Origin: Oikopleura dioica
Taxonomy: Eukaryota > Animalia > Chordata
DNA: 64,000 bases
Assembly: GCA_907165135.1 (NCBI GenBank)
Contig: OU015567.1
Coordinates: 1,922,001 to 1,986,000 of the forward strand
Reading direction: 5' to 3'
A program made the position numbers and the translations under genes. The notes beneath the pieces were generated by a model that did not search any database, had not been told where the DNA came from, and worked only from the letters and a program-made list of their open reading frames with translations. This document shows, piece by piece, positions 63,914-64,000 of the stretch (position 1 is its first letter; every line of letters starts with the position of its first letter).

Positions 63914-64000
63914 AATCTTTTTGGAAAGTTGTATTCTAGTTCTGTATTTACAGTAAGAGGAAGATATCTCAGACGAAGTGTTCGTATTCTGGTCTACTTT

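Overview
Eukaryotic genomic DNA, AT-rich and compact, with mostly 40-80 nt introns. Several introns can only be resolved with GA-AG or GG-AG boundaries, and there is an Fgf9/16/20-type gene and a 16-nt match to the Oikopleura spliced leader as I recall it. Together these point to an appendicularian tunicate (Oikopleura dioica-like). I assembled the gene models by hand, so exon boundaries are approximate. Genes: a multi-Ig type I membrane protein, an R4-type RGS, a secreted CUB protein, a disabled Cys-rich gene interrupted by a hAT MITE, GCSH, a double-trypsin protease, a catalytically dead PLA2-like protein, two type II C-type-lectin-like proteins, an SLC10 transporter, a Thr-rich mucin-like protein, FGF9/16/20, a Cys-rich/kelch protein, an NWE-motif ciliary protein, a USP-domain protein, and three tRNAs (Lys-CTT, Gln-CTG, Leu-AAG). 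A roughly 8 kb locus encodes CTL + about 18 EGF modules and appears to splice onto a roughly 8-TM membrane domain, but it carries several lesions. Non-autonomous elements of several superfamilies are present: a piggyBac-like element with TTAA TSD, a hAT with 8-bp TSD, a Tc1/mariner with TA TSD, a long-arm foldback, a family of nested AAGCCGC/GCGGCTT hairpins, and a 77-nt mini-TIR insertion inside an exon. The 36-50 kb interval has no gene I can confidently identify. No CRISPR or rRNA was seen.
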